From: Diplonema japonicum
Lineage: Eukaryota > Protista > Euglenozoa: Diplonemea
Direction of reading: 5' to 3'
Length of the DNA stretch: 64,000 nt
Assembly: GCA_964019335.1 (NCBI GenBank)
Contig: OZ025666.1
Location: forward strand, 372,001-436,000
Shown: positions 10,047 through 23,329 of the stretch, one piece after another
Layout of the letters: every line of letters begins with the position of its first letter
How positions within the stretch are numbered: the first letter of the stretch is position 1
Translations under genes and position numbers: made by a program
The notes under the pieces: model-generated
Databases searched by the model: none
Told to the model about the DNA's origin: nothing
Seen by the model: only the letters and a program-made list of their open reading frames with translations

Positions 10047-11697
10047 ATGTACCCACGTGACTCAATGAACGATACGCTGGGGCAGAGCACCAGCCTGCCC
10101 AGCATGCTAGTGGGTGGGGACGAGGTGCTGACATTTGGTGGGCTGAACCCAGCAGCGCCGTCTGAGCCTGAAATGGCAAAGGACAGCACCCAGCTAGACA
10201 TGCTGTTGGCAAGAGCAAAGACAAGCACACAAGGGTCTGTTGTTGATGCACAGCCTGTTATGACGAACGCGTACCAGCCCACTATTCAGTTCGCAAACAT
10301 GGCGCCTGCGTCACCTGGGAGACAGCAACAGCAACCACAACCGCAGCAACAGGTGCAACAGCCTCCATCCCAGCCACCACAGCAATTCTCGCAGCCTCTC
10401 TATCACCCACCGCCTATACATAGCAATGTGTTCACTCAGCAATCGTCTCCTCTTCCCCGCCAGGCCCCTGTCAGCATCCCTGTCCCTTCTCCTGTTCCTC
10501 TCCCAGCACCCCCTGTCATCCCCGACCAAGAGCCCAGGGGTGACTCTATTGAAGAGGAGAGTGCCATGCTGCAGGCGCAGCTTGCCAAGCAGACTGGTGA
10601 GATGCAGCGTTATTTGCAAACTGAGATGGCGAAGCTTTCTGTTGCCATGAAGCACACCGCAGCGGGTGTCACCCCACCTTCACACAGCCCGCCCAAAGCT
10701 TACTCTGCTCCTGTAACCCCCGCGGCCCCTGTTCCTGTTGCCCTTCCTGTGCAGGCTCCTGTGCAACAACCTGTTTCTCAACCTGTTCAGTTCTTCATGA
10801 CACAGCCGTCGCATGTTTCCTCGCACATGAGGACCACCTCGCCACTCAGGAATCCTAATCAGGCCCCGATCACCGCCTCACCGTCCTTCACGTCCCCTGC
10901 CAGCACATCGCACGCATCCCCCGCACCGACATGGGCAGATGTTAAACGGTCGGCAGAGCTGGCCGAAATTACACAAAAGCGCATTGCGTCGCCTGTGTGG
11001 GACGAGCCCATGCAGGCACTGACCCCAATGGGGAAGGTCGCCGTGCCGTCGAACCTGAACAGCGTGGCGACGGAGTCTGCTGGCAACCCAAGGGACTCGC
11101 TGGCCACGACCTCACTGCCGAGTATACGGTGCATCGACAGCACCGTGTCAGATAGGAGGCAGCAATACCCTCTGAACCCGCCTTCTGCATCGGATGCTTC
11201 AGAGGCTGGGGGCGACAAGGTCAGGGAGTATGCTGACAGGCTGCGGTCCTGTTTGGTATGGTAATTATCAAAAATAAGAGAAACCAAAGGCAAATGTCCA
11301 TGAAGCATCGCAAGCGATGGTTGCGGCGCAGAACCTGGCAGCCCTCAACCTCGAGAGGCTGGTCGACGTGCTGCAGCAGTTCGCCCCGAGCTTGGAGCGC
11401 AAGGAGATCGGAATCACATGGAAGTCCCTTGTAGGGAACTATGTAAAGTCCGCCGAGAAATTTCATAACGATAAGAGAAAGAGGGGAAGCCGTTCATCCG
11501 GAAAGGGATCTGCTACCGGGGGGGTCGGGGGGGTACAGTACGAGCTCGATGAGTCTCTCCCGCCCACACCGAGGAGCAACAACCACAGTGAGTTCACTCT
11601 GGGGACAAACGGCATGGAACGCACACTGGAGGAGGTCATGAGTTTCATTGACAAGCGTATGAAAACAGGGGGAAGAAAAAAAAGGGTGCTAACTTGA
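10047..11697 (+). CDS. Hypothetical Pro/Gln-rich protein; exons 10047-11255 and 11290-11697
   Basis: Two ORFs joined in frame by a 34-bp GTATG...AAG intron (11256-11289). Confidence 0.75.
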
Positions 11698-11757
11698 TCC
11701 CTGAGTCTCCAGCCATGCGCAAGCACTTGGGGTCAAATTTGCAGTTCTCTCGGGGAG

Positions 11758-11791
<34 letters not shown>

Positions 11792-13221
11792 ACAGCCCTT
11801 TCTCCTCAGAGCCTAAAGCGCATTTCCAAGGTTCGTGCCAAGCATGACGCAATGGCTGCTACTGACACGATCCCAAGCCACGCATTGCAAGCAGCTGCTT
11901 ATGCCATCCCTTTCAATGCTGTTGGTCCTAATTAAAAGGAAGAAAAAGAAGGGAAGATGGGGGGGGGGGGGGGGGGTGATTGCTATTATATGTGTAAGTG
12001 AATAAAAAAAGAAGCGTTGGCTTTCTTTCTTTTTCGTTCTCTGATTTTTTTCTTCCCCCCCCCCGCCACTTTTGTTGTATTCTCGTGCGCAACGATTTTT
12101 TTTTTCGACCTCCCTCCAGCTTAAGTGTTGGGTGGTGATTTTCTCTTTTTTTTTCTTTTTTTTTTTAAATGGTGGCTGCTATTGAAAGTGATGTTGTCAA
12201 ACAAGAAGAAAAAATAATTTATTTACAAGAAAAAAAAAAAAAAGATGCTCAATGATTTTTTTTTTGTCAAAGTGTGGGTCTCTTGTAGACAGTGAGTACC
12301 CCCCGTACCACGATAAGAACTGTACTGAGAATTTCTTTTTCCCCCTCGTTCTCCCGATTACCGACTTGTGCGTGACTAAACTAAACATATTTTTATTTCT
12401 CTTCTTTCGCACTGAACGACCCCCGACCGCTACACTACTCACCCCTTTACATTTTTTTTGTAATTTTTAACCTGCCCCACCATGCAAAGCAAAAAAAAGA
12501 AATTCTTTTTTTTTTCCTCCATAAATTAAACAGAGAACACCCCGCCTATAGCAAGCCGTGGCATTTAAAAAAAAAAAAAAAAAAAAAAAAGAATTACAAG
12601 CAGCGCCGTGAGACATTATTTTCTTCGCCCCACTGCTTATCATTTGTTCTTTCACTTTTTGGTTTGAACCTTTTTATCTCTGGTCCTTTGTTTCCAATTA
12701 AAAAAAAAGAAGGAAAGGGTGGGGGAGAAAAAAAATGGAAATAAGAACAAGAAAAAAAAAGAAAAGAATTTTCTTTTACACCCCCCCCTTTCCGCTCCGC
12801 TTTGAATTTGTTGTTCCCTCATTGTTCACCTACCCACCACCTGTAACATGTCATCTTTTATATCTTTTTTTTATATTTTTCTTCTCTTTTTTTCCTTTGG
12901 ACATTCCATCAGTTGTACCTAAACAAAATCCCACCGCTAGATTTTTTTGTACAGCCAACGACGAGCACTGAGCGCATACGTTGAGTCTACGGTGCATGCA
13001 TGGACGAGGGATAGCCACCACACCATCTCTACTCCCTCTGAGTAGAAGTTCGCCTGGCGTAGTCTGCCTCCGTAAATCCATTTTCGAGCCCATTTACACG
13101 TTTACTGTTTTATGTTCTCATGCTGTACTTACCCCATTCTTACCAGTCCTTTATTGATCATAAAACAAAAAAAAAAAAAAAAAAAAACAAAAAAGAAAAC
13201 AGAAAACAGAAAACAAAAATA

Positions 13222-16200
13222 ATGGCCGATGTATCTGAAGAGAAGCCCCCGAGCAAAGTGCTTGGGATCGACGAGAGCATTCAAGTGGGTGAAAGAGACG
13301 GAGAGCCTGTCACCACCTCGGAGCTCTTCAGGTTCGCAAAAGGGCCAGAGAAGACCCTCCTTATCACTGGCATTATTGGTGCAGTCTTCGTCGGTGCCGC
13401 TCTCCCTATTTTCTCGTACCTCTTTGGGAAGATGGTGAACGAGGCATCTGGTGAAAACGAGGCTGAGGTTGGCGAGGACGTGGCGAAGTGGGCGAAATGG
13501 ATGGCCATTGCCGCTGGTATTGCTTTCATTGCAGGCTGGATCATGATGAGCAGTTTCCTCATCTCTGGTGAGAAGCAGACCCAAAAGATCCGAGAGAAGT
13601 ACTTCGAGTCCCTGATGAGGCAGGAGCCTGGGTGGTTCGACTTGCAACGAACCGGAGCACTCACAACAAGACTCCATGGCGACACGCAGGTGATCCATGC
13701 CGGTATTGGTGAGAAGGCAGGCTTCTTCTTCATGCATACCTCCACAGTAGTTCTCTCTTATGTTGTGGGGTTTCTCTCCTCGTGGCGACTCACCCTTGTC
13801 CTCCTTGGTGTTGTTCCCTTCTTGGCCGTGGCTGGTGGGTTGATGCACTACGTTCTCACCACTGTGACGACGAAGAGCAGGGCAGCCTACGCCCTTGCAG
13901 GTGCTGTCTCTGAGGAGGTGTTTGGATCAATGAGAACAGTTCATGCATTCAGTGCCCACAAGAAGCTCGTTGGGATGTACAATGGACACCTTGACAATGC
14001 CCGTGATAGCGGGATGTACCTTGGTGTGTCCACTGGTGGTGGTATCGGCATCACGATGTTGCTCTTCTTCGCCTCGTACTGCGTCGGCTTCTACTACGCC
14101 TCCTACCTTGTGAAGTGGGATCTCAACAACATGGGTGACATCCTCAGTGCCTTCTTTGCCATTGTGATCGGATCCTTCTCCTTGGGACAGATAGCACCCC
14201 CGATGGCCGCCTTCGCTTCGGCACGTGCGGCGGCCTTCCGAGTTTTCGCAGTGATCGACAGGGAGCCCCGTGTGCAGCCTGGGAAGAAGAAGCTTGAAAA
14301 CCTGAAGGGGAGGGTCTGCCTTGAGAACCTCACCTTTCGGTACCCCTCTCGCACGGACTACCCTGTGTTCAAGAACATGAACATCGAGATGGAGGCGAAC
14401 AAGACTGTGGCGCTGGTCGGGTTGTCCGGGTGTGGGAAGTCTTCGATCGTGTCTATCGTGCAGAGGTTTTACGAACCGGCGGCGGGGCAGTTCGGGATCA
14501 TCCTCGATAACGGGGCGATGAAGGCGTACCCTTACGAGACGAACCTTGAGCTCTTGGAGCACAGGCAGAACAGCAAGGGTGGGCAGTTCACTGTCGAGCT
14601 TCCCATCACACACGACTCGCAACACCTGAAGAAGTGCTTGGTGGACTTGGGGGCAGAGACCCACAGTGTTCCCGACACTGACGGTCCGATCCGGTGCGAA
14701 GGGGGCAGGTGGTTCTGGGTTGAGAAGGAGCAGAAGGAAGGAGAGGAGGCTGTGGAGTTCGAGCTCCCCCCTGCAGTGTCCCTGAGGCTGTCACAGGCAC
14801 AGAACGAGAACGAGCAGGAGGTGAGCCTGGAGCTTGCCTTCGGGATGTACAAGTTCGACGTGAGCAAGATGAGGAGGACGAACGTGACGCAGCGCATCGT
14901 GTACTCCGACAACGGGCAGGTGACTGTGGACGGGACCCCGATCGGGAACCTGGACCTGGAGTGGTGGAGGGATCAGATCGGGATGGTGACCCAAGAGCCT
15001 GTTCTGTTTGTAGGGTCTGTTTCCGACAACATCCGGATGGGGAAGAGGGATGCGACGCTGGACGAGATCAAGGACGCTTGCAGGAAGGCACACATCCACC
15101 ACGTGATTGAGAAGTGGCCTGAGAAGTATGACACGCTTGTGGGTGAGGGTGGGTCGCAGTTGTCGGGTGGGCAGAAGCAGCGTATCGCGATCGCGAGGGC
15201 CATCATCAAGAAGCCACGTGTTTTGATCTTGGACGAGGCCACCTCGGCCCTGGACAGGGCGTCGGAGTTACAGGTGCAGAAGGCTTTGGACAAGTTGCTG
15301 TCGAGCGAGCACCACGAGAAGCCGACGACCATCGTGATCGCTCACAGGCTGCAGACAGTGATGAAGGCGGACAAGATCGTTGTGATGCAACCTCCTGCGA
15401 ACTCGACAAGTGGGAAGGGGGCGAAGATCGTGGAGGTGGGAACACACTCGGAACTCTTGGAGAAGAAGGTATGTGTTAATTTGTGTTTTTTAAGTGTCTC
15501 TCGATCACACACCACACCTTTAATCAGGGTCATTACGCATCTCTCTGGAACACCCAGAGCAAGGCTGTTCACACGACTCAGAAGACAAGTGACGCGAATG
15601 CACCGAACAAAGGGGACGACGAAGTCAGCAAGGATGATGATGATGTCGTGTCTGTGGCCACAAGTGAGGAAGACGATGCACCACTTGCTGTGGGGAAGAC
15701 GGCCTCTGAACTCAAGAAGGAGAAGAAGGAGGCGATGGAGAAGAAGGTGGCAGAAAAGAGCAGCTTGGCGAGGGTGGCAAGGCTTGCTGGTCCTTGGAAT
15801 GTTTGGCTTATTCCTGCGATGATTGGTTGCATCATGAATGGGGCTGTGTATCCTATTTATGCTTACCTCTTCACTGAGGCACTTGATGTGTTCAGGGACC
15901 TTCAGAACAACAAGCCTCTTTCCCCCGCAGGGGCGCCACAGGAGGTCACTGACAGAGACGAAATTGATGTCTGGGCCTTCATGTTCCTGGCACTTGGTGG
16001 CTGGGCTCTTATCGCTAACATCATGCAATTCGGCAGCTTCGGGTACATGGCGGCACAGCTGACACACCGCATCCGCTCCATGCTGTTCGAGCACATCCTT
16101 ACCCAAGACATGTCCTTCTTCGACATTCCTGACCACGAGAGCGGGGCTCTATCAGCTATCCTCTCTGGGAAGGCTGAGGCCATCAACACCATGTTCGGTC

Positions 16201-17603
16201 CCAACATCGGGATGATCCTCCGCACCCTCTTCTGTCTTGGGATTGGGTTTGGAATTGCCTTTTCTGAGCAGTGGAAGCTTACCTTGGTGCTGCTCTCTTC
16301 TGTACCTGCTATGGCGTTGTCTGGCTTCTTGAACTTGCTTCTCATTGGTGAGGGTTTCGAAGGCAACTCCGGTGGAGCGGCTGGGAGGGTCACAAGCGAG
16401 GCCATCTCGAACATCAAAACTGTCTCCGCTTTCAACATGCAGGACAAGATGCTTGAAGTGTACTCCAAGGCAGGTGAGGGTGAGCTGGCAAAGAAGGAGA
16501 AGAGGTCCATCGGTATCGGGGCCACTTTCGGCTTCTCGCAGTTCTCGATGCTTGGCACCTTCGCCCTTGCCCTGTGGTATGGTGGGAGGCTCATCTCCGA
16601 TGGGGAGACTGACTTCAGGTCCATGATGCTTGTTCTGATGGAGGTGACGATGTCCGCCATGGGTGTCGGTGAGGCAATGGGTCTTCAAGGGACTGGTCTC
16701 GATGCGAAGGAAGCTGCAGCGGAAGTGTTTGAGATCCTGGACACGAAGTCGAAGGTGGACCAGATGTCATCTGAGGGGAAGAAAGGGGTGATGACAGACT
16801 GCAAGATCGACTTCCACGAGGTGACATTCCGGTACCCCACCCGCCCTAACATGACTGTTCTGAACAAGCTGAACCTTGAGATCCCTTCTGCTGGGGAGAA
16901 GGGGATGCAGGTCGGGCTGATCGGGGGCACGGGGAGCGGGAAGTCTACTGTTCTGCAGCTGTTGCAACGCTTCTACGAGGTCCCGGAGGGGAAGATCGTT
17001 GTGGACGGGACGGACCTGAGAGACGTGGACCTGCAGTGGTGGAGGGAGCAGGTCGGGGTTGTGTCGCAGGAGCCTGTGCTGTTCGCGACGAGCGTGTTGG
17101 AGAACATCCGGTTCGGGAAGGAGGATGCGACGCTGGAGGAGGCGATGGAGGCGGCGAAGCTGGCACACATCCACGACGACATCATGAAGCTCCCCGACCA
17201 GTACGAGACGAACGTGGGGGCGAAGGGGTCGCTCTTGTCTGGGGGTCAGAAGCAGAGGGTGGCGATCGCGAGGGCAATCGTGAAGAAGCCGAGGGTACTG
17301 CTCCTGGACGAGGCGACATCGGCACTGGACAACGCGAGCGAGAAGGAGGTGCAGAGGGCGCTGGACAACGTGATCTCCTCCAGCTCCATGACCACCATCA
17401 CAATCGCACACAAGCTCACCACCATCCAGCAGGCCGACTCCATCACCGTCCTCGACAGGGGTGACATCATCGAGCAAGGGACCCACGAAGAGCTCATGAA
17501 GATCGAGAACGGGGACTACAAATCCCGCTTCATGCTTTACCACTCCATCGACACAGCTGATGGTGAGGGTGAGACTAGCCCTAGTCATTCGAACCCTTTC
17601 TGA
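13222..17603 (+). CDS. ABCB1/MDR-like full ABC transporter, copy 1; intron 15469-15527; about 1440 aa
   Basis: TMD-NBD-TMD-NBD layout with Walker A GLSGCGKS and GGTGSGKS, LSGGQKQR twice and LDEATSALD twice. A 59-bp GTATG...CAG intron fuses the two ORFs (LEKK|GHYA). Confidence 0.95.
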
Positions 17604-18324
17604 ACAAAAGGTGTTCAACCCTAGTCATTAAGCCCGTTCTGTAGCCATAACTTGAAATGGTGTGATGAAAATGAGAATTTACGCTTCCTAGTTTTTATTT
17701 CTCCCACCAAACTTTTAGAGACAAGTATGGTCTTTTTCTCTCTACCTTAACTTGCAGCTTTTTTTTTGTGAGTTGCTTGTTTCCCTCTCTTCTAACACTC
17801 TTCCCTCTCGAAGATTTTTTTAATCGTTTGTAAAGAAGCAATTAAAAGTAATATCATTGAAAAGATAAAAAGTATTATAAAGACATTCGGGGCGAATTGA
17901 ATTCGCGTTTTTCGTTGTTACAATTAATTGTGATTGTGCATCGAAAGATAAACTCATTCGCACCCCGTACTTCTTATTTTCCTTTTTTTTTTTTTCTCTC
18001 TTGTTTCGTTAAGATCTTCAGTTGTTTAGCCGAGCTTCAGGCTTTACTACTTACAATAGTTTCTTCGTATTACTGATTTGTTGCCGAAGGCATGCAATTA
18101 CTGTTTCATGTTGCAGAGAGCTGAGGAAGGAGGGGGATGAGAACTGTCCTGCAGGTACACGGCCCTTAAGTATAAAAAGAAGAAAAAGAAAGGGAAGGGA
18201 AATGTCCGGAACAGTCTGCCTTCCTTCCGGTAATATTTTTTTTACAGTAATAAAAAAACAAACACAGGTTAACCGTTTTCTTCTCTTTTCTTTTACCCTC
18301 TCTTCCATACACAACAAAGACACG

Positions 18325-19149
18325 ATGACGATGATGCTGCGCTCCCTTGTGTGCGTGACAACACTGTTCGCATCGGCCCACGGGCACGGCTACGTGAAGG
18401 CACCTGCGTCGAGGAACTACGCTTGCAAGCAAGGGTCGAACAAGAACTGCGGCGGGGTGCAGTACGAACCGCAGAGCGTGGAGGGGGCGGACAGGTACCC
18501 TGACAGCGGGCCTTCGGACGGAACGCTCGCTGCGGCGGGGCAGGACAACTGGGCGGCCCTGAACGAGCAGTCAACGACGAGGTGGGCGAAGACTTCGATC
18601 AGCTCCGGCCCTGTGGACTTCACGTGGCAGTTCACGGCGAACCACATCACGCGGGACTGGAGGTACTACATCACGAAGGAGGGGTGGAACGGGGTGACCC
18701 CTCTGGGGAGGAACACCTTGGAGAGCAGCCCCTTCTGCACGGTGGACGGAGCAATGGTGCAGCCGCCGATGGTGGTGACGCACTCGTGCACGGTCCCGAC
18801 GAGGAGCGGCTACCACGTGGTCCTCGCCATCTGGGACGTCGGTGACACTGCGGCCAGCTTCTACAACGCCATCGACCTCGACTTCAACGGGGGCAGCACG
18901 ACCCCTGTCCCGACAACCCTCCCCACCCCGGCCCCAACAGGGGACACCGCAAGCCCTGTCCCGACACCGGTTCCTACAAATGCCCCTCCTGCAGGGATCT
19001 GCAACGGCCCTGTTATCGCAGAGTGGGGAAGCTGCCTTGACTCGCCTTCGTGCTGCGAGGCTCCCGCCCGCTGCTACCAGCAGAACCAGTGGTACGCCCA
19101 GTGCAGGGCGAAGTGCGATGTCCCTGAGTGGTGCAAGCTCATCGGATGA
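18325..19149 (+). CDS. Lytic polysaccharide monooxygenase AA10 (CBP21/GbpA-like) with P/T linker and CBM1-like tail
   Basis: Signal peptide then HGYV (His-brace His1), YEPQSVEG, FTANH, HVVLAIWDVGDTAASFYNAID. C-terminal WGSC...CYQQNQWYAQC. Confidence 0.93.
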   Translation: MTMMLRSLVCVTTLFASAHGHGYVKAPASRNYACKQGSNKNCGGVQYEPQSVEGADRYPDSGPSDGTLAAAGQDNWAALNEQSTTRWAKTSISSGPVDFTWQFTANHITRDWRYYITKEGWNGVTPLGRNTLESSPFCTVDGAMVQPPMVVTHSCTVPTRSGYHVVLAIWDVGDTAASFYNAIDLDFNGGSTTPVPTTLPTPAPTGDTASPVPTPVPTNAPPAGICNGPVIAEWGSCLDSPSCCEAPARCYQQNQWYAQCRAKCDVPEWCKLIG

Positions 19150-20039
19150 TGACAGCAAGAAGGAAAAATAATAGAAAAAGAGAGAGAAAGGGGGGGAAAA
19201 AAAATGAACGTAGCACACTTTTTAAAAGGGATGCGGGGCATGCTGGTTTTTTTTAGGAAGGGGGCTTTCCGTGACTCCGGGTCACGCTCCTTCTCCTTGC
19301 AGCCCCGCCACACCATTTCTTCCCTTTGTCCGTTTGGAGCCTCTATGGAAATCATGTCCTGGAGCTTTTTATTTTGTTTCTTCTTCTTTTCACAACTGTT
19401 TTTTTTTTGTGTCCCTTTTTTATTCCTTGTGGCAATCGTTTACTTGAAAAATAACCCCCACCCCTTCCTCACTCGTTCGCATGCTTCCTCTCTCTCTTTT
19501 TTTTCCCCCTTTTTTTTTTTGATAAGTAGAGACAAGGGAAACGTTCCAAAACAGGAACCTCCTTTTTATCTCATCTTTTCTTTGTTTCCCTTTTCCCTTT
19601 TTCTTTTTTCAAAAGCTACTTGTTACAAGCTTAACTATGCAAGGGGGGCAGCGCAGAGGTTGTCCCCCTCTCCCGTTACCTCTATGAAAAGTACCAACAC
19701 AGCTTTGTGGGTAACGGCGACAAAAAAATGAAATTTCTCCACACGTTCTTCTTCACTGTACTTCCCTTTTCCCCAGTGACCCCTCGATGCACTGTGTGCA
19801 AAGACTTCGCACATTGTCGAAACCACTGAAGAGAAAAGGCAGGTACTTTCGTCTTCTTAAACGACGCTTCGAAAAAAAAAAAAAAAAAAGCCTTTCTATT
19901 CCCTCTCTTTTTTTCTTCTTTTTATTTTTTTTAGCTTGCTGCTGAAAATTATATAAAAAACCAATAAAAGTACTGTAAGACGAAGTAAAAACTTCCTGTC
20001 CGCCGGAGCCTCCGGACGTTTTTGTTTCAAGCCCCTGCC

Positions 20040-20174
20040 CTAGCTTTCCCCCAGCATGTCCTGAAGAATTTATCGCCTTTTCAAAATCCAGGAATAGCGC
20101 CATACTGTCTCGTTGTGCCTGCTGCCTTTTTAGGTCATTTGTTCAATTGTCGATCGCCCGGTGCAGAACAAGTT
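20040..20174 (-). pseudogene. Degenerate non-LTR retrotransposon RT fragment
   Basis: Minus strand reads ...GRSTIEQ... then, in another frame, ALFLDFEKA. These match the consecutive RT motifs GFRxGRST and LDxxKAF. Confidence 0.55.
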
Positions 20175-20178
20175 ATAT

Positions 20179-23100
20179 GAGCTCGTCCGGAAAACAATGT
20201 CAACACTTTTTTGGGCACCTCCGAAAATTTCTTGTTTTGATTATTTGAGCAAAAAAAGGGCAGCATGCAACCATAGGAAGATGACATATGTGGTGTACAT
20301 GACGCCGTTCTTTCAATTGCGGTGCTTGTTTTGCCATGAGGGTGGCAGGCTTTGCAACCGGCTGCCCCCGGGAAGCGGAAAATAGAGGTCAGAAGAACGA
20401 CGAAAAATGTTTAAAATGCAGTTTAAAAGCTTGAAATGCAGCACCTAGGGTGCATAAATGTGGTGAACACACACCTTTGTGTCCCCTGGGTACAACCCAG
20501 GGTCGGGTTACTGTTAAAAGTACTTAGCGAAAAATATATGGCATTGCAAAACCCCCCAAAAACCGGTAAAACCCGTTTTCCAGTGTTTTTTTGACCCGAA
20601 ACAAGGGGCGTTTTTCAGGTTCCGGGGGGTGAAGGCAAAAGAAAAACACGAAATAAAAACAATAACAATATTGAGAAATGGCACTTTTTGTGACTTTTTC
20701 CCCCGTTTTTTTTCCGTTTTTTATAATTTCTTACACTTTATTATCACACTATTCACCAGCCCAACACTGAACACAGCATTCACTGTAACCACACGATCAG
20801 CCCACACTAAACTCTTTTTCTTTGGCTTCCCTCCCCCTCTCTTCACAGGCTTTTCCTCGGTGCTGCTACTTTCCTCTTCGGAATCACTGCTTTCGCCGTC
20901 GCACGTTTTTTGCTGGCGGTGGGGGCGTACTTCATGGCATGAGCAGTGCGGTCCACGTTTTCGGACCGAATGGCCATTCTCTCATCCTGGGATTGGGCAT
21001 ATTTCAGAAGGCGACGAGGTTTGATTGAGATGGAAGAAGATTCGACAGATTCGGTAAGAGGATGGCCACTGTTGCTGCCGCTGCCGCTGCTGCTGTTACT
21101 GCTCTCACTATCAGTATCACTGTCAGTATCCGAATCACTAGCATCTGTGTTTCGAACATCATCAGAGGAGAACATCACCTTCTCATCCCAATCATTGGAC
21201 CCAAAGACCGTCTCATATCGAATTGTTCCAGATGTCTGCCCCCCTGCAAAGTGGAACTTCTGCATGATGGAGTCCACCTTCCTCAATATCGTCGGTATCG
21301 TTGTTGCCGTCTGCGAGGGTCGTGCTGGAGAGACTCCAACCGTGCGCGCAAAGAACAACCACGAAGCACGAGGGCCGTACCACTTCTCGGCGCGCGAAAG
21401 CCACCCTACCATGCTATGACACTTGAAGTGTTTGGCGTTGTCTGAGAAGAAAGTCAGATTGCTCGGGTTGTTGTGGTCTTCTAGAATATGGGGGAGCACC
21501 AACCGCATGCACTTCCGAGTTATCTGGGCGGACTGCTTGTTGTTGTGCATCATGGCGAAGTAGCTCCTATACAGTATGGGACCGCCTAGCTTATCCCGGC
21601 TGGCAACGACGAACGTCAAAATACTACTTTTGTATTTGTTGAACTCGTTCTGTTGCAGCTCGAGATATGACTGGTGGACAAACCGGGCGCTATAGTCGAC
21701 GACAACACGATAATTCCGTCTGGCTGGAGGTTGATGTGGATTTCCTTGGCTTCTTCCTCGTCGGCGGTGCACGTAGTTGTGGAAGGCGTAAGCCATCATC
21801 TGCTTACACAAGAGCCACATGAAAGAGGTTACGGAGTACGTCGTCAGGCGGGGTTCACAGACCTGGGCCTGCGATCTTTTGATAGTTTCATACTTCCTGA
21901 AGGTGATCCGACGCGACGGGACCGCACCAGCTCGTGCTTGAAACATGAGGGGAAGAGAATTGGCCCACATGACTTGCAAGCTCCAGTTGAACACGTGAGG
22001 CTGTCGCGGTTGCAGAGAAAAGTCTCCAGCAGATCATTCAGATCGCTGATTGGTACAATTCCGTGTTCTTTGCACCCCTCATCGCAGCTCGATCTGTACT
22101 CCTGCGCTGAACGCCAGCTGCAGAGGTCGTCAAGCATAAGCTCTGTCTGGTGTCTCTGCTTGCAAACGACCCGAGGGGTGTTCGGGGCAGGTCGAACCTC
22201 CAGAGGACGCAACGCAAAAAAGATTGTACGCTTCGCAAGACCGCCCTCCGCTACGTACTTGTTAGTGCGGTGTATGAAATACGAAGCAACATGAGGTTCA
22301 CCTTCCGTGTGTCGCCTGGGCCAGCTTCTGCTGCTTCGCAAACTCTGCGTTCGTCCTCCAAAACTTCCGGACGTTTTTTCGCATGAGGCGGCGCTTCCTC
22401 GTAGCTTCGCTATCTTCAGCCTTCTGAGGGGGACACGCGCACGGTACAGTCGGCGGTTTTCCTTCCCGCCCCTGACAAACCCCAGATCCTTCGCGACGCC
22501 ATTTATCAGATCGTAGTTCGCGAGCACAGAGAGGAGTGCCTTTCTTTGCTTATTTCCGAGGGTAGGCCATGCCCAGCGGATAGTAGCACAACAAGAACAG
22601 CTGCACATCCCTGCTTCTGGCGTCTTCTTCGCAGATGTGGGTGTCCTGCCAAGGCGGGTTGGTGTAGAGGGGATGCCTTGTTCGGTCGGCTGCGGTGCTC
22701 TCTTCACGACGGCCCTCGACATGGCAGAGTGACAAGGGGGCAAGCACACCGATCAGGTGCGTATGGGGGGATAGCGAACTGTGCCTGCACTGTAGGATCA
22801 TTACAGTGAGATGAGCGCAGTTTGTACTTCCCTGAGACGAGGTCTCTCACCTTCTGTCGCGTGCATTTGAAGCCGTTGGTGGCGCATACTTTCCCCCTGG
22901 TCCCAAAACCCTTCTTTCCCAAGGATGTCAAGCATTTCACACACACTACTTCCCTCTCTTTCACCTTCTGTTGAACAACACTGGGCAGGGTCTCATACTT
23001 GAATAACCCATCCACAGACCCACAAGAACAAGCCATATTCTTTTAGAAATAAAGTACAGTCCCCTTAGTAGGTGTTTTGAGTGTCCAGGTGCACACAAAC

Positions 23101-23329
23101 TACGCCAAAAACCAAAAAAAACCATTCTAAAAAGCATGTTTTTGCACGCGTGTTTAGACGTGTTTAGAAATGAAACGGACGGCGAGCATTGTGACCTATA
23201 TGGTGAACACACTCAGACTGCAATTCTGCACACAAAGTGGTGTCGGACTACTTTTGTACTTAGAAATTTTCCGAGGATTTTGCGTTGCAAAAGAGGGTCA
23301 TTTGTTGACATTTTCTTCCGGACGAGCTC
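20179..23329 (-). mobile_element. Sola2-like DNA transposon, degenerate
   Basis: About 27-bp imperfect TIRs GAGCTCGTCCGGAA...AATGTCAACA with GAG..CTC termini and an ATAT TSD. Minus-strand ORFs carry a Cys/His cluster, DYSARF...ELQ, FFSDNAKHFK and WLFFA followed by a frameshifted HG. Confidence 0.75.
21213..23036 (-). pseudogene. Frameshifted and truncated transposase
   Basis: Split over ORFs 22704-23036, 21844-22749 and 20843-21994. Similarity is lost after the HG motif near 21335. Confidence 0.65.

Noticed and set aside
14491-14919. Intein in NBD1
   Set aside because: No N-terminal Cys/Ser and no His-Asn followed by Cys/Ser/Thr at the junctions.
15469-15527. Frameshift or split ABC genes
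   Set aside because: Explained by a 59-bp GT-AG intron present in all four copies.
16767-17618. Long antisense and alternate-frame ORFs over ABCB, BiP, MFS and chitinase genes
   Set aside because: Shadow ORFs caused by high GC3.
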